NCBI GenBank assembly: GCA_051362555.1
Contig: CM120646.1
Span: forward strand, 23,498,001-23,562,000
Length of the DNA: 64,000 bases
From: Lingula anatina
Taxonomy: Eukaryota; Animalia; Brachiopoda
Direction of reading: 5' to 3'
A model generated the notes under the pieces. That model ran no database searches. It had not been told where the DNA came from and was given only the letters and a program-made list of their open reading frames with translations. Shown one piece after another: positions 13,401-26,300 of this stretch (positions are counted from its first letter, which is position 1; every line of letters begins with the position of its first letter). Made by a program: the position numbers and the translations under genes.

Positions 13401-15202
13401 ATAAGAAAGTGACCGGACGTGACCTTTTGATCGGACACCCACTGGTCTTTATTAGGAAATTCCAATGTTATGTTCTATTAATCACTGACCATGCTTGGTC
13501 TGCCGCTGAGGGACGCTGTGGATCTGTAAACATTGCTGGACACGGGGTTACAATACGCTGGTCTAGAGGGCTAGCCGTTTACGCTCCCTGGCCTTTGTTA
13601 TTGTGTAATACGTTAAAATAACGCATAGTCCGAGCTATAATTGATCCACACGCGCCATCTTTGACCAGCTTGGAGTTTCTTGACTCTGAATATTTGGATT
13701 AAATTAACGGTGTTAAACACCAGATCAAAAGAAGAGAAAAGACAGGAGAAAATTACGTTATTATCCGCATCGCCCGTGGCATAGCGGAACATTTATCCAG
13801 CACAATCACTCTCACGGGTGACCGGTATTAAACACAAGGTGACAATCACCGACGTCCGGCCGCGGAGGGACCTCCCTTCTCGCACGAGACCGTCGGCGCC
13901 AGGCGAGCAGGGCCTTTCTTCTTCTTAATGTTGCGTATTTCAATAAATAAAGGAAATGAGAATGTCGTGCTCCCGATATCGTCCCGTGGCGTGTTGATAT
14001 TAAAGGTGTGAACACGGGGGAGACATCCCACACCTTACCGTCTCTCCTCTCTCCCCTCTCACCCCGTCCACTTCTCTGGTTGGCTGGTTCGTTCCTGCCT
14101 TAATGGTGACGGCAGATAGAGGTCGATGTGCTGATATCTGAGGCAGCAGTTGGTCCGTGTGTTAGCTTACCTGAACGTGGTGAGACCCCGGTAGCTGAAC
14201 CACAGCCACAGCGTCTTAATGCGGTCTACGTGAGGTTACGCTACAGAGAAACCAAACGCTGATGATTTTGAGGCTTACTACAGAAGAACTGAGACCAGTG
14301 CAAATATTTCATTCCGAGTGTATTGTTTTTATTAGAAGGCTACTGCGGAGACTGGAGTGTTTTTACTGAGATCCACAGAGAGGAGGAAAACCGCATGAAA
14401 ATCCGATACATTATCTTCTGCTTACTTTGACCGTCTGTGAAGGGGCGGCCGTAGCGGTTATCCCGTGAGGCTTGGAACGCAAAGATTGTTAACAGTGCGG
14501 AGGAACAATCAGTTTACACGCACCGCGTGAAAAGCTATTGTATGCAAAACCCTTCCCCTCTTCCACACAAGCTGCGCTGCACGCTTTCATACGAAGTGGT
14601 CACTCGGCGAAACTAGCAACAGATTTTGTGAGTCAGTGAAAAAATGATTGAATTTAAGTCTCTGAGCCACAAACAGACGCGGATACCTGCCTGGTTCACC
14701 GAGTAAACTCCTAAGTGAGCACCGCTAGCTTCCAGTTAACGTGCGCACGCTGGCAGCGCTTGGTTAGCCTGGGAGTTTTACGTTAACTGGCTGATGTTCA
14801 ATTCAGAGGTCCTCCTGCTTCGAGTTCCTGAGTTCTCACAGTGTCTTTCAAGTTTGTTGTCTCTCTCTCTCTGGTTTATTGCCGTCTGCTTACTGCAACG
14901 AGAAGGGTTACAAAATTAGAGGAAGGTTCGAAAATCTTGAACGCCGTAACTGCGACGTCATTCAATGAGGAAGCAACATTTATTACAGCGTAGAGTTAGA
15001 AACAGAAACTGAGAGAAAACCTATTTCAAACCAGCACCAAGACCTCGGACAGGTCACTGCTAACCGACAGTACGTCCAGGCTGTGTTGATAGAAAGATAG
15101 ACACGAACGCGGGCTCACGTATTAACAACGCCCGGGTGCATTATGATTTCAGGACGTATTCAGCCCCGTATAACCCGGCGTCACCGGACAATTGCTCATA
15201 AA

Positions 15203-15674
15203 ATGTACTGGACCTTGTTATCGCTTCTCATCCTTGCACAGCACGGGGAGGGGTGTATCCTCCTGCTGAACGGATGGATGCCCCTAGGAATCCCCGAGCG
15301 TGCCATGTTAGCAGACGTAGTGGCCACGGGGTACGCTGACAAGACGTACAAGGCCAGTCGCACGCGGGCAGGCACCTACGTCGCCCAGTTTAAACTGCTA
15401 AGTATCCTTAAAGGTGGGAAAATTATGTCGGGGATGGGGAAGGAAAACTCCATTCACTCTCATAAACACTTACAGCAATTGCAGCAGCATCAGTTTTACA
15501 ATATCAGTAATTTTGGAGATAAAACAATGTGTTATGCGGATGTCCACGAGGGGGAGACATATATATTGTTTCTTACAACATTTGACGGCCGTCTCTCTGC
15601 AAAATACGATGATATCTTCGGCGCCGCTGTATCTTACAGCAGGGAAAACGAAAGGCAGGTCTTGGCGGCATTAG
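15203..15674 (+). CDS. Gene A exon 1: signal peptide plus agrin N-terminal (NtA)-like domain
   Basis: [17 protein letters not shown]|C is a signal-peptide pattern. [42 protein letters not shown] matches the agrin NtA pattern. Donor G|GTGAGT at 15675. An alternative in-frame ATG lies at 15143. Confidence 0.88.
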
Positions 15675-16135
15675 GTGAGTTAGATTTTATTTTTACTTGG
15701 GTTAGGCTCACTGATGTAGTTTGCTTAACGTAATTACGCCTTGCAGCTTAGATAGCGGTGTAAAAGTGGATAGAATATCAGCTGGATAAAGAAACAAAGT
15801 GTTCCGTATTTCTTCAGGGAATTGGGATGTTATTTTGGAGTTTATCTATTCTATCAAGGGCGGAGGGCAACTGAGATGTAAGCTTGAGAAATATCATAGA
15901 AAGCGTTCGTTTTATAGGCGTTGATTGGTTGATAAGATTTCATGGCGTTGCGAGCTGTTACAACACAAGTTTTCTCTCATAGTTTACCTATGTTGTGTTT
16001 ATATTCGTCTGCAGCCTGTCGCGTTTTCTGGCCGTCTGCGGAGGGTTTTAACTTAAAATATTTTCAGTGTTATTGGTACGAAAAGGTCAATACATGAGAA
16101 AAGACCTAACCTAGGTTCAAATTTTCAGGACTTTC

Positions 16136-16181
<46 letters not shown>

Positions 16182-17429
16182 CTCTCATTTTTTCAGAGTG
16201 CCATCTTTATTATGGGTCTTCTCAATGCAGCCCCTCTCACGATTTAACTGAGGTTTCGCCTGCATTTCAGATGTCTTTATTCCCTCCACCGTCTTTCTCG
16301 AGTTCTTTCCCGTCTTCTCTTCTCCTTGCAATATTAGATTCCCGAGATAAAAGCCTCCATATACTACCACATACACTTCCTTTTTAACCATTTTCAAAGA
16401 ATATTACCTCCATCCGCCACTTTCCACTCCACTAGAGAAGTAAAACTCTCGAGCACCCACAGTTGGATATCACTTAAATTGCAGAGAGCAAAAGGCTCTC
16501 CAAACACTTGCGCTCTCTGCGGGCCTCCCTCCTTAATATTTTACATGGAAATCATTGCACGCGAGTTTGTAGGTCCCGTTCCAACAATAACTAATATAAT
16601 ACGTAAGAGAAGGGTTTTCTAAGTATTTTCATGTGTGTATGAAATGAGAGATCTCGCCGTACCATGTGTGCGACAAGGACTTCATTCTGTCAGATGAAAC
16701 AGAATTACTATTTTCCTCAATCCTTTCTAAGTGGAAATGGATAGAGTTAATAATAACCTAAGACAAACATGGTTTGCCTGGTAATTGTATTAGATATAGA
16801 TATATATATTACACGTGAATCATACTTGATGATATCCTATAAATTGTGGCCAACATAGGCACAGAATATCCTACAATATCCTACTAGTATTAGAAATTGT
16901 GTAGTCGTCACCAAAGTGTCCTTAATGCGTCGTGGGTACACGTGTGTGGACGGGAACGCTGAGCACAGGTGTGACAAGTGACAGTGTTTTGCCGGGAACG
17001 CCACACTTCACACACATACAGCGCTCATATCAACAGTAAACACTGGCTCTTACCCAGAGGAAATGTCCCTTCCATTCACGCGTTCCCGAACCCCACTAAT
17101 GGACCGGACAACGGGCTTAATTACCCCAAACATTCATTCATTGCTCAGTTTATTATCCCCGAATGCCGCATTGAACGATAATGCACCGAACGATTTATTC
17201 AAAATATTTTATACATAACTGGTGAAGACTGCATATAATATCTATGCCGGGGTGTGTACAGGTTAATACACAGGGAAGGGTACATCTGCAGCGACCAGGA
17301 ACGCTATGTGATGGTTTGTGTGTCACAATTATATGTATGGACAACAGCTATGGATGAAAAGCTGGCCTTTGGACAAAGTTCCAAAATCAAATAACGCAAA
17401 CCCACCAAACCATAACATCATAAGATCGA

Positions 17430-17461
<32 letters not shown>

Positions 17462-20400
17462 AGGGGTTTGAGTATGGTTATTTGGCATCCCTTATGTCTC
17501 TCTGTTACATTCAATGAACACTCCACAACACAATGTAAGATTAAGGCGCCAAACTCCCTTTTAAAACTGTCCGTAACTCAAATATTTTTTATCATTGACT
17601 GCTAAAATTGTTTCAATATTTCTCTAGCTTTCGCAACATGTTCGTAGTGCGTACACATTGTTTGATGGTATTTGATAAAATCACCCGGCGGTTTATTTCG
17701 CGTTAGACAACGTATAAGTCATTCAAACAGTTGATTAAGAAGAGTGGAATGCACCCCCAATGTTTCACTCCTTAACGCCCAGCGTCTGACACTTAACCAG
17801 ACCATATTTTTATATTTAAGCGAATTAACAACGTAGTGTTTACTCAGTTGCTCATTGTGGGTTAATTTTCTGTTACGACCAGTCCGTGGCATTCCGCGGT
17901 CAGAGATGATATTTTTTTCTAAGATTTCTCATACACGCATTGGCCTCGATACATTACGTTACAAATGAGCATGGATCGAGCTAGACCTGCACGTCATTAC
18001 ATTTAATACCGCTTTTCTTCTACATCATGTCGAATAGGCCTGTTTCTACATTTAGTACGATATACATGTATTCGGAGTTGATTCAAAACTAACAAAATAG
18101 TATACTCTTTATAATTTGACTTCCAATTGAATAAGGACCACTACAGCTTTCTTAGAACAAAAAATGACGTTTTCAGATCATTTTTATTGGTCGTCAATAT
18201 CAATATGATACTTTAACAAGACCGCGTTATTGATAGCCCACAATTTCCAAATCACAATTGTTTGTGGGCGGTTGATGGGGGGGGGGCGGATCCAAGAGTG
18301 CAAGCGAGCCCCCCCCCCCCCCCCTCCCTTTGAATTTTGCATATGGATAGAAATAGGGAAGTTGTTTCTATCGTTTGCCTACCTACAGCCCTTCTATATG
18401 AAAAAAACTTCTTGAATCTCCGATTAATATCCGGTACATATAAGATCAACGAAATAGTGCAGTTTGTTGGAATATCTCATGCACAGGGTAAATACTACAC
18501 GTAGTGTGGTCATGAGTACTGTAGGGCATTTATGTTAAATGTATCCAAAACTGGAAAAGCGCTCAGAGCGGGAAAACCTCAGCCAAGACAAATAATTAAC
18601 TTATAATTGACCATCAATTAATTAATGGATCGTCACCAGTACCTTATCACTTTTCAGTTAGCCCATTTCTGACGTACCCTGAAATTTCGTGAAATTCCAT
18701 ACAAAAAAAAAATTGAGAAAGGCTGGAACGGACAGACAGTCAGGCAGACAGACAGACAGACAGGCAGAGGTGAGAGCACAGTCTCCTTGGATCTGTAGAT
18801 AGCTACGGCATTGATCTGTAGAAGAGGGTAAAGCATGTAGATGTCACATAGATTGCAGGACACCTGACTTGTTGTGGTAATGTCATTCAAGCTGGACCGT
18901 TAACCGATACTCCCCAAGCAGAGTCTCCTGCGCGAACACCCGCCCCATGGACAATATCTTTGTTTATGTCAATATTTTGGCACAACAAACATTAGAATGT
19001 GGACGGTGTCACAGAGACAGGTGTGGTGTGACAGGTAGACTGAGAGCTCTGGTGACAGCGACACATGATTTGTGTATAGAACTGTGTGTTTTAACAAATC
19101 TCCCTTCCGCTATGGGAAATTTAAAACCCGGGATAAATACGAGTTCCTCTTTACGCGTGTTGTTTTGATAACAGTACGTACGCAAGACTTGGTCCTTATC
19201 GACTTTTATGACTAGCTTTAAGACTTCTCAAGAAAGTTATGAAGTTTGATTAACCCATAGCATAATTTAAACTAAATTTGGATCCTAATTAATATTTTAC
19301 GGAGTCCAATATTTATAGAGTTTTATCAGAGAGACCAGTGCACTGCGTCTGTAGCTTCACGCCATCATTGCAAACATTTTCACCAAAGTCACGAAATCCA
19401 GACAGAAAATCTTTACAAAAAAAGAAGAGATTGAACCCAATGCCAAGTGTTAAATCGAACAACGAAGACTTTTGATGTAAGCTGAAAAACACTATTCGCA
19501 CTTCCAAGGCTAATCAGTGATAGATGGTGAGAAAAAAATAGTTCAATGTTTAAAGGAAAGGTGCCTATTTCACACGAGGTGAATGTAAGCATTTCGACTT
19601 CTGATAACCAGATTACAAAGTTTGGATTACTTCTTTTTTACAAGAAAAAAAATGTTGACAAAAAGTACAAAAAGTACAACGTAACTACACGCAATCACCT
19701 CAACATTCATTCACACTACCCGGTCACAGATGTTCCACTGAAGAAAACTTAACCCGAAAACTTACTGTTAAAGAAACGAAAACAAGAGAAAGTGAGAGAG
19801 GAAAAAAGGCGCGTCGGTCCGCGTTTATTTAGCGTTGTTTCTCGCCTCTGTCAGATGTCAATCACGGAAATGAACAAGCTGTAAAAAAGGGCAGTTTGTT
19901 TTCGAACCTTAAGCACAGTGTAGGGCTCAGCATGTGGAGCTGTTCGCTCTGGGACGCTAATGATGACCAGGCTAGTGATGGTTACACCGTTAACTAGTGT
20001 CCACTTCTCCCACCTACTTTAACTGAATGGGCGCCACAGTCTAATGCAACAGCGATCAACCTCCACTGTTATAGAAAGAAATCTAAAGCCTCAGAAAAAC
20101 ATGCTAACCAGCGCCGGAGGATTGAACCGTGCCGAGAGTAAGCTGTCCATTAATTGATTTTAATGCATTGAAAGTTTACAACTTTTAAGCACCTGTAGTA
20201 CTTCAAGACGACATTATTTTCTGTTCAACAACTTGTTAAAATCATCACAATTTCATGACTTTATAAAATCAACTGAATAATGGCATTGTGGTTTTGTTAT
20301 GCTATTTGTGGGACCCTCTAACGATACATGTTTTTATAGCTCGATTTTTTCTTTAAAAAATGTATAAATATTCTAAACCGAAATTAAGTACAGTAAGAGT

Positions 20401-21049
20401 CCACGTCCAAAGACTACGTTAACCTCAATCACAGAGACCATGTGGTAACATTACGCCACTGTTCCTCATCATACCTGTGTTTGCCCTGACTCTGTGAACA
20501 CTGACTTTTCACACGGCTAATGTCAGGTAAACCTCGCTAAAACAACACAGGTGCACGTGGTTAATTACCCTCCAGCATTCGCTGACATGATTTTTAATTT
20601 GCTCTCAAAGTGGAGACGCGAGGGTACAACAAGGCGGGCGGGGCGTTAACACGTTGTTGTTGGGCCGTGAAATGTTGACGAGCGTGCTCGTGTGTTCTCC
20701 TAGGAAATAACACGTGCACGGTCACGCAGGCGGGCCCATCCCGGGCTTTTGACACGTACGTGTGAGTTTTTATCTCAACTGGCGGTCAAAACAGTTAGAC
20801 GGGAAGATTGGTGCCAAGTGCATTATGAGTGTAGAACAGAATATTCAATAAGAAATAATATTTTTAACGTGAAGATAAATTTGAATGCATGCGTGTGTTT
20901 TTTGATGGCATGCGAAATTCGGCTCAAAAGCTGAACATTTCTCATGTGTGCTCACGACGAAACGCGCGCAGTTGGACACACGTGTATTCTTCACTCGGTC
21001 TTGACATTGCTGTCGTGCGCAGATACACGCATCCACGAAACGCTTACGG

Positions 21050-21088
<39 letters not shown>

Positions 21089-23131
21089 CCCTGTCTGTTT
21101 ATACCATCATTAAGTCTTTTCAAGAGGCTCGCAGGTGGTGGAGATAATTTGAAGTGTTCAGCGGTTGATCCTTTGTTCTCTCATTACTCAGTTTGCTGAG
21201 TGGTTTGCGTACCGTGCACGACATTAAACTCCGCCCTCGCCCCTCACCATGATGAGTCCAGTGTTCAGAGCCCTTTAATAACTTATGACGCACACCAAGA
21301 CTTGCATACAAGCAGAAGTATAACGTCTGCCTTGTCATTTTTTTATTTGTTTGATAATTTTGATACATTTTTAGATGCATCTTAGCGCCTAATGTAATGT
21401 TGAGCAACTGCAACATTTCAGCGCATATTTTGATATTTCTGTCGATTATTTAGCACCGTATTTGGATAAGATTGAATAAAATTAAAGATGACAGACGAAC
21501 AGTTTGAATAATGAAAACTGTGTATTTTGATCAAGTTGACAATTTGTAGGACTGTTTTGCTTTATTTCCAGTACGGTGCCTTGAGATAGTTTAATCAATC
21601 CAGGCTAAAACAATGCTTCTGCGAGTTGGAGGTTAGAAATAGGAAACACGGAGACACCTCTTTCCCGTACTAATTGGCAGAAATCGCTCTAACGAGAGCC
21701 AAATGTTAAAACAACTTTGTCAAATGATCTTAACTTTCACATGCGAAAAACTGCCACGCGTGATAGCACTCTCAACTTTTTCCACCTAAAAATTATTTGT
21801 CAAGGAATTGTGCATAAAACCTCTTCGCGTTTTGTTGCGGCCTGAACTAAACTCCCGTGCTATCGTTGGGTGCCAGCACCACGTGGCCTTACGAGCAGAT
21901 ATTTAGACAGAGTAACCAGATGAAGTATTCCTCACATGCGGACACATAAGTGTCAAGTCCGATTTCTCTTCAAGGCTTCAGCTTGCGGACGTCCTGCGTA
22001 GAAAATTGAGAGAGAAATAAGAAAGGCGGTACGCAGGCGTCAGAGTTGACGTATTGGGACCATTTGGGTTTAACTTTTTTTTTTTTTTTTTTTTGCTCTT
22101 TTTATAAAAAATCGCATTTGGTGTTGCTTTTGAACAAGTAAGACTCTTTTTTAAGGTATGGCAAGTGCAACGTTCTTAATACAAAGTCGCAGTTTTCAGT
22201 TTTATTGTGCAATCAATGCGCACTATTTATCAAATCACGTTCTTATTCATCGGGTTTTAATCAGTGATGCTAGATTAAAGTATACATTGAATATAAAAAA
22301 GCAAAATACATTTTATTTTTAGGTATATAAATAAATATGTTAAGAAGCATTTTTTTTTTCAGAACAGTGATCGGTTCATGATAGAAGAATAAGACGCTAA
22401 GTGTGCCGGGGCTTAAGCATACATATCACTTTAATGTATATTTGAGAACATAAATTTATGCATTGAACTTGGCGAGAAAACCAACACCTTTTATGAATAT
22501 CGCAGCCGCTGGCATTATCTAATTTCTTTTTCAAAACAGCACTAGTTTGCTCAAACTTGTCCGTCACGAATGATTTTCATAAAGCAAATCTAAGACTCAT
22601 TAAGCTTATTCTTACACCTTACAAATAACCTGATACCGTTTCTAATTAAAGATACCTCAACAGACAAAATGGAATCAAAGTTTTTCGTGGTCCACTATTC
22701 TCGTTATTGAAAGGGATGCTATCGGGTGTCGCAGCCTGAGGGGAGACGCTGAACAGCCCAAAACACATGTAATAATTCCTGACACGTTCTTTTTCAGAAG
22801 ATATGTCGAACCACATCAGAGTATCCGAAGATTGAACCTAAAACTTGTTTACTTTTACAATAGTAGAAAATTAACGGCAGAATTAAGTTCCAAATTTAGT
22901 GCGATTGTGCAAAGAATCGCCTTTCAGTTGTACAGTTTGCTGAAACCGATCCTGACATGAGTAGTTGTTTTATTCTGGCTCAGGTTCGCTGTGAGATTTA
23001 TTCCCACTTCTGTGTATCTCTCGTGGGAGTTTTTGTTCTCGGCGCTGCAGGCAGAATGGAACCGTTTGCTCGCCACGGGCTGACCCACCACCCACGTCAG
23101 TGTTAGCTTTTCTCTCTCCCTCCCTCCCTTC

Positions 23132-23162
<31 letters not shown>

Positions 23163-23175
23163 TCTCTCTCTCTCT

Positions 23176-23218
<43 letters not shown>

Positions 23219-23239
23219 ACACACACACACACACACACA

Positions 23240-23324
<85 letters not shown>

Positions 23325-26300
23325 ACACACACGGTGAGGCGTGGGAAAGTGTACACGGATTTACTCAAACAATATTTCAATCAGATTTTGCTGAAACGGA
23401 ATAAAAGAATCGTAATTATCTTAATCCCAAATACGTCTTGGAATTGGCCCTCTATTTTGCCTCCATGACTGAATGATTTGTTTTCCTGGCTTTATTGTGT
23501 GGCTTTCTATTATCAAACCAATGTTAATACACATTATCCCTTCACAGAATAAACTACGCTAACTTTGCTGAAGGAAACATAAAAGACATTTATGTATCTT
23601 ATATAACACGTACAGCTATATCGGCTTATAATTAGACTTAACCTCACGGTTTAACGCCGAATCAATGATTGGATTTGACCATGTAGCACCGGTCAGTCTG
23701 GTCGTAGAACTGGCTTAAGTGCGGCCACTGTCACCGCCGACACCGGGTGGTATTGAAACACTGACAGACAAGTCTTACAAGAAATGGCATGATCACATTG
23801 ACCCCCATTCAGAACAGGGGACTAACTAGTCCGAGGGTCAAATATGGCCCACATACTTGAATACTTCCCCATGGGATATCTTTTCAGTGTCTATCAGCGG
23901 ATTGGATGACAAGCTTTTTAGTCGGTCGCCATATTTTGCCCTCGGACTAGTTAGTCCGCTGTTCTGAATGCGGCTATTTTAACACTTTCCCCCGACCCCA
24001 CTGATAAAAAAGTAGCAAGGGAGCCCATGAAATAGGTGGCGTGTGCTATCAATAAATAACCACCATCAGGATATTGTAGTCTAGGATGGAGACATAGGGC
24101 CTCAGTGGACGCAGACACATTCTCCAGAGGCGTCAAGAAACTGTAAAAATCTCATAAACCTGTCCATAAATAAATTCTGCCCACCGGTCACTTACTGGTC
24201 ACCCGGTCATCTAAGTGGTCATTTTGGTCATTGGCATTGGTCATTTGACCATTGTACTGGTCAAAATGAGCATGTGACTTTTGATCCCGCCCTATAAGCG
24301 TCTTTGTATCACGTGTGTTATCGTAATCGGCTTAGCAATGTGGAGGCGTACAGCGTCACTAGTGCGTGTAACAGCTTTGGAATGGCTTTCTTGGTCTTTG
24401 CGCTTTTCAAGTTTCTGAAAGTTAGTGTATCATTAATAATTTAGGTAAACACTGATTTTACAGATTCTGTAATTCTGTTTGATGCCTTCTCGTGTGAACC
24501 CAAAAAAAATGAGAATAAGTTAAGTAAAAGAGAAAAAGTAGCATTTCTAATATTGTATGTTATTGACCGTTTTTGCTGTATACTGAGTAGTCTGTGTTTT
24601 TATATCCCAGCGTCTGATATAATGTATTCATGGGGGGGGGGGGCGGGGGGTAGACGGCTCGTCTCTGGGAATGACTACCCAGGGTAACACGGTAAAATTA
24701 CCACAGAATGGAAGTTGGTAATGAATCAAGGAAAAAAATAAAAGATAATGTGAGAAAAGCACTTTCGATATAACAAATATCATCAGTGTTTTTAATGGAA
24801 ATGGTGTTTGAACGGCCAGATGTTAAATTCTCACGAAAAGTTTTTATTGTTATGAGAAAAGATGGGCACTTAAACACTTTTTGGATGCTGGTGTGGTTTC
24901 TTTAAAGTGAGATATACTAATAGACTTGTACGCATACATTTTGCTTCTTTCTGAGATTTGTTTCAAAATGAACACTGGTTTATAGTCGGCTAAGGCAGGC
25001 TATGTAAGCACAGTGTTGTGCGCGCAGACGAATGTTTTGCGTGCAAGCGCTCTTAATTCGTATAAAAACGCGTGCGTGGGGCCATGACGAAATCGGATTA
25101 ATTTCTACATATTAGTTCATTGAACAAACCAAGAATACAGGCGCTTTCCCTGTTGTTTTTCTGACACCTGCCGTTTTTTCTTGGGGGTCTGGTGTAAGTT
25201 GACGTTTTTTACAGGAGATAACTTTGATGAAAATCTGCATCAGATTGGGCGTAATCTACTTACGAGATGAAAAAGTAACAAAGCATTAATCTTCCACGCA
25301 AAGCGAGCGTACGCAACAAAATAGTCCCAGTTGATTCACCATGCCTGAGGCGCAGTGATTCAGTGCTCCGCGGCGGGAGACGCAGCTTAATAGTCCCACT
25401 CTATTTTGGTAATTTTCCCGCAATTTGGTCATCCCTCCAGGCCACACAGAGCAGCGGTATTTTCACTCTTTTTGTAACAATTCGCATGAGATTCCGATTA
25501 AGTTAAACTTCGAGTGTTGACCAAGAGTTCAAAGAAGTCGGAGCATTGTTTACGTAACTCTTGTGGAAAAAGTCGACGTCGCAAGTGGTATGCTTACATA
25601 GCCTTTGAATACAAAATGGTGTTTGTACATTTAAGAGAAAAAAGCAAACACGAAGTCTCTGACACTGTGTTGGAAAAAATCCCCTCGCCCCCAAAAAATA
25701 TATAGAAAAAAAGAAATTATCAACAGCTTAAGCCACTGAATAAGATTTGAAGAGACACATTTGAAAGTTATTTATAATCCGAAGTATTTGAGCGTGGGAA
25801 TGACTAAATTACATTAAAATAAACTAGCTCATTCTTGTAGTCACCAAGAAGTTTAAACTGTTCATAGAACATCACTGAAGAACTGTATCCATAATATCTG
25901 AATTTCAGAAAGATTACATATTTACATATAAACAGTTTGGCTAAAAAGCACGCATTTAGCTGATACTCCGATTACGTGTTCACAACGCCACATGCTTTAT
26001 CAAGTACTGTCACCAAGGTCTTATCACATCCATCTATATGACACAGGCTATGACAGGGTTCCTGGATGTTGTCGAAAAAATCTTCTCAATACCAGTATAG
26101 TAGTGGAAACGCGCCCATGTTAACATACGCAGGGTTAGGTGGAGGTGAGATAGGTCACCCTTACGGTTCTCACAACATACCTTGTGGTCTGTAAACGAAT
26201 TATATCGACAAAACCCAGGTTAATTGGGCACCAGAGCCAAGTCATAGTTCGTGGCTAATTTCATTACTGTAATGTTGTGTTATCCCCATTCTTATTCCAC

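Noticed and set aside
15203-15674. Calling gene A agrin (AGRN), NELL, VWDE or WIF1
   Set aside because: Only single domains are shared. No Kazal/SEA, VWC, VWD or WIF domains were seen, so no gene symbol is given.
22924-23330. ORFs encoding long ER/RE repeats
   Set aside because: They are translations of a (CT)n/(CA)n microsatellite.
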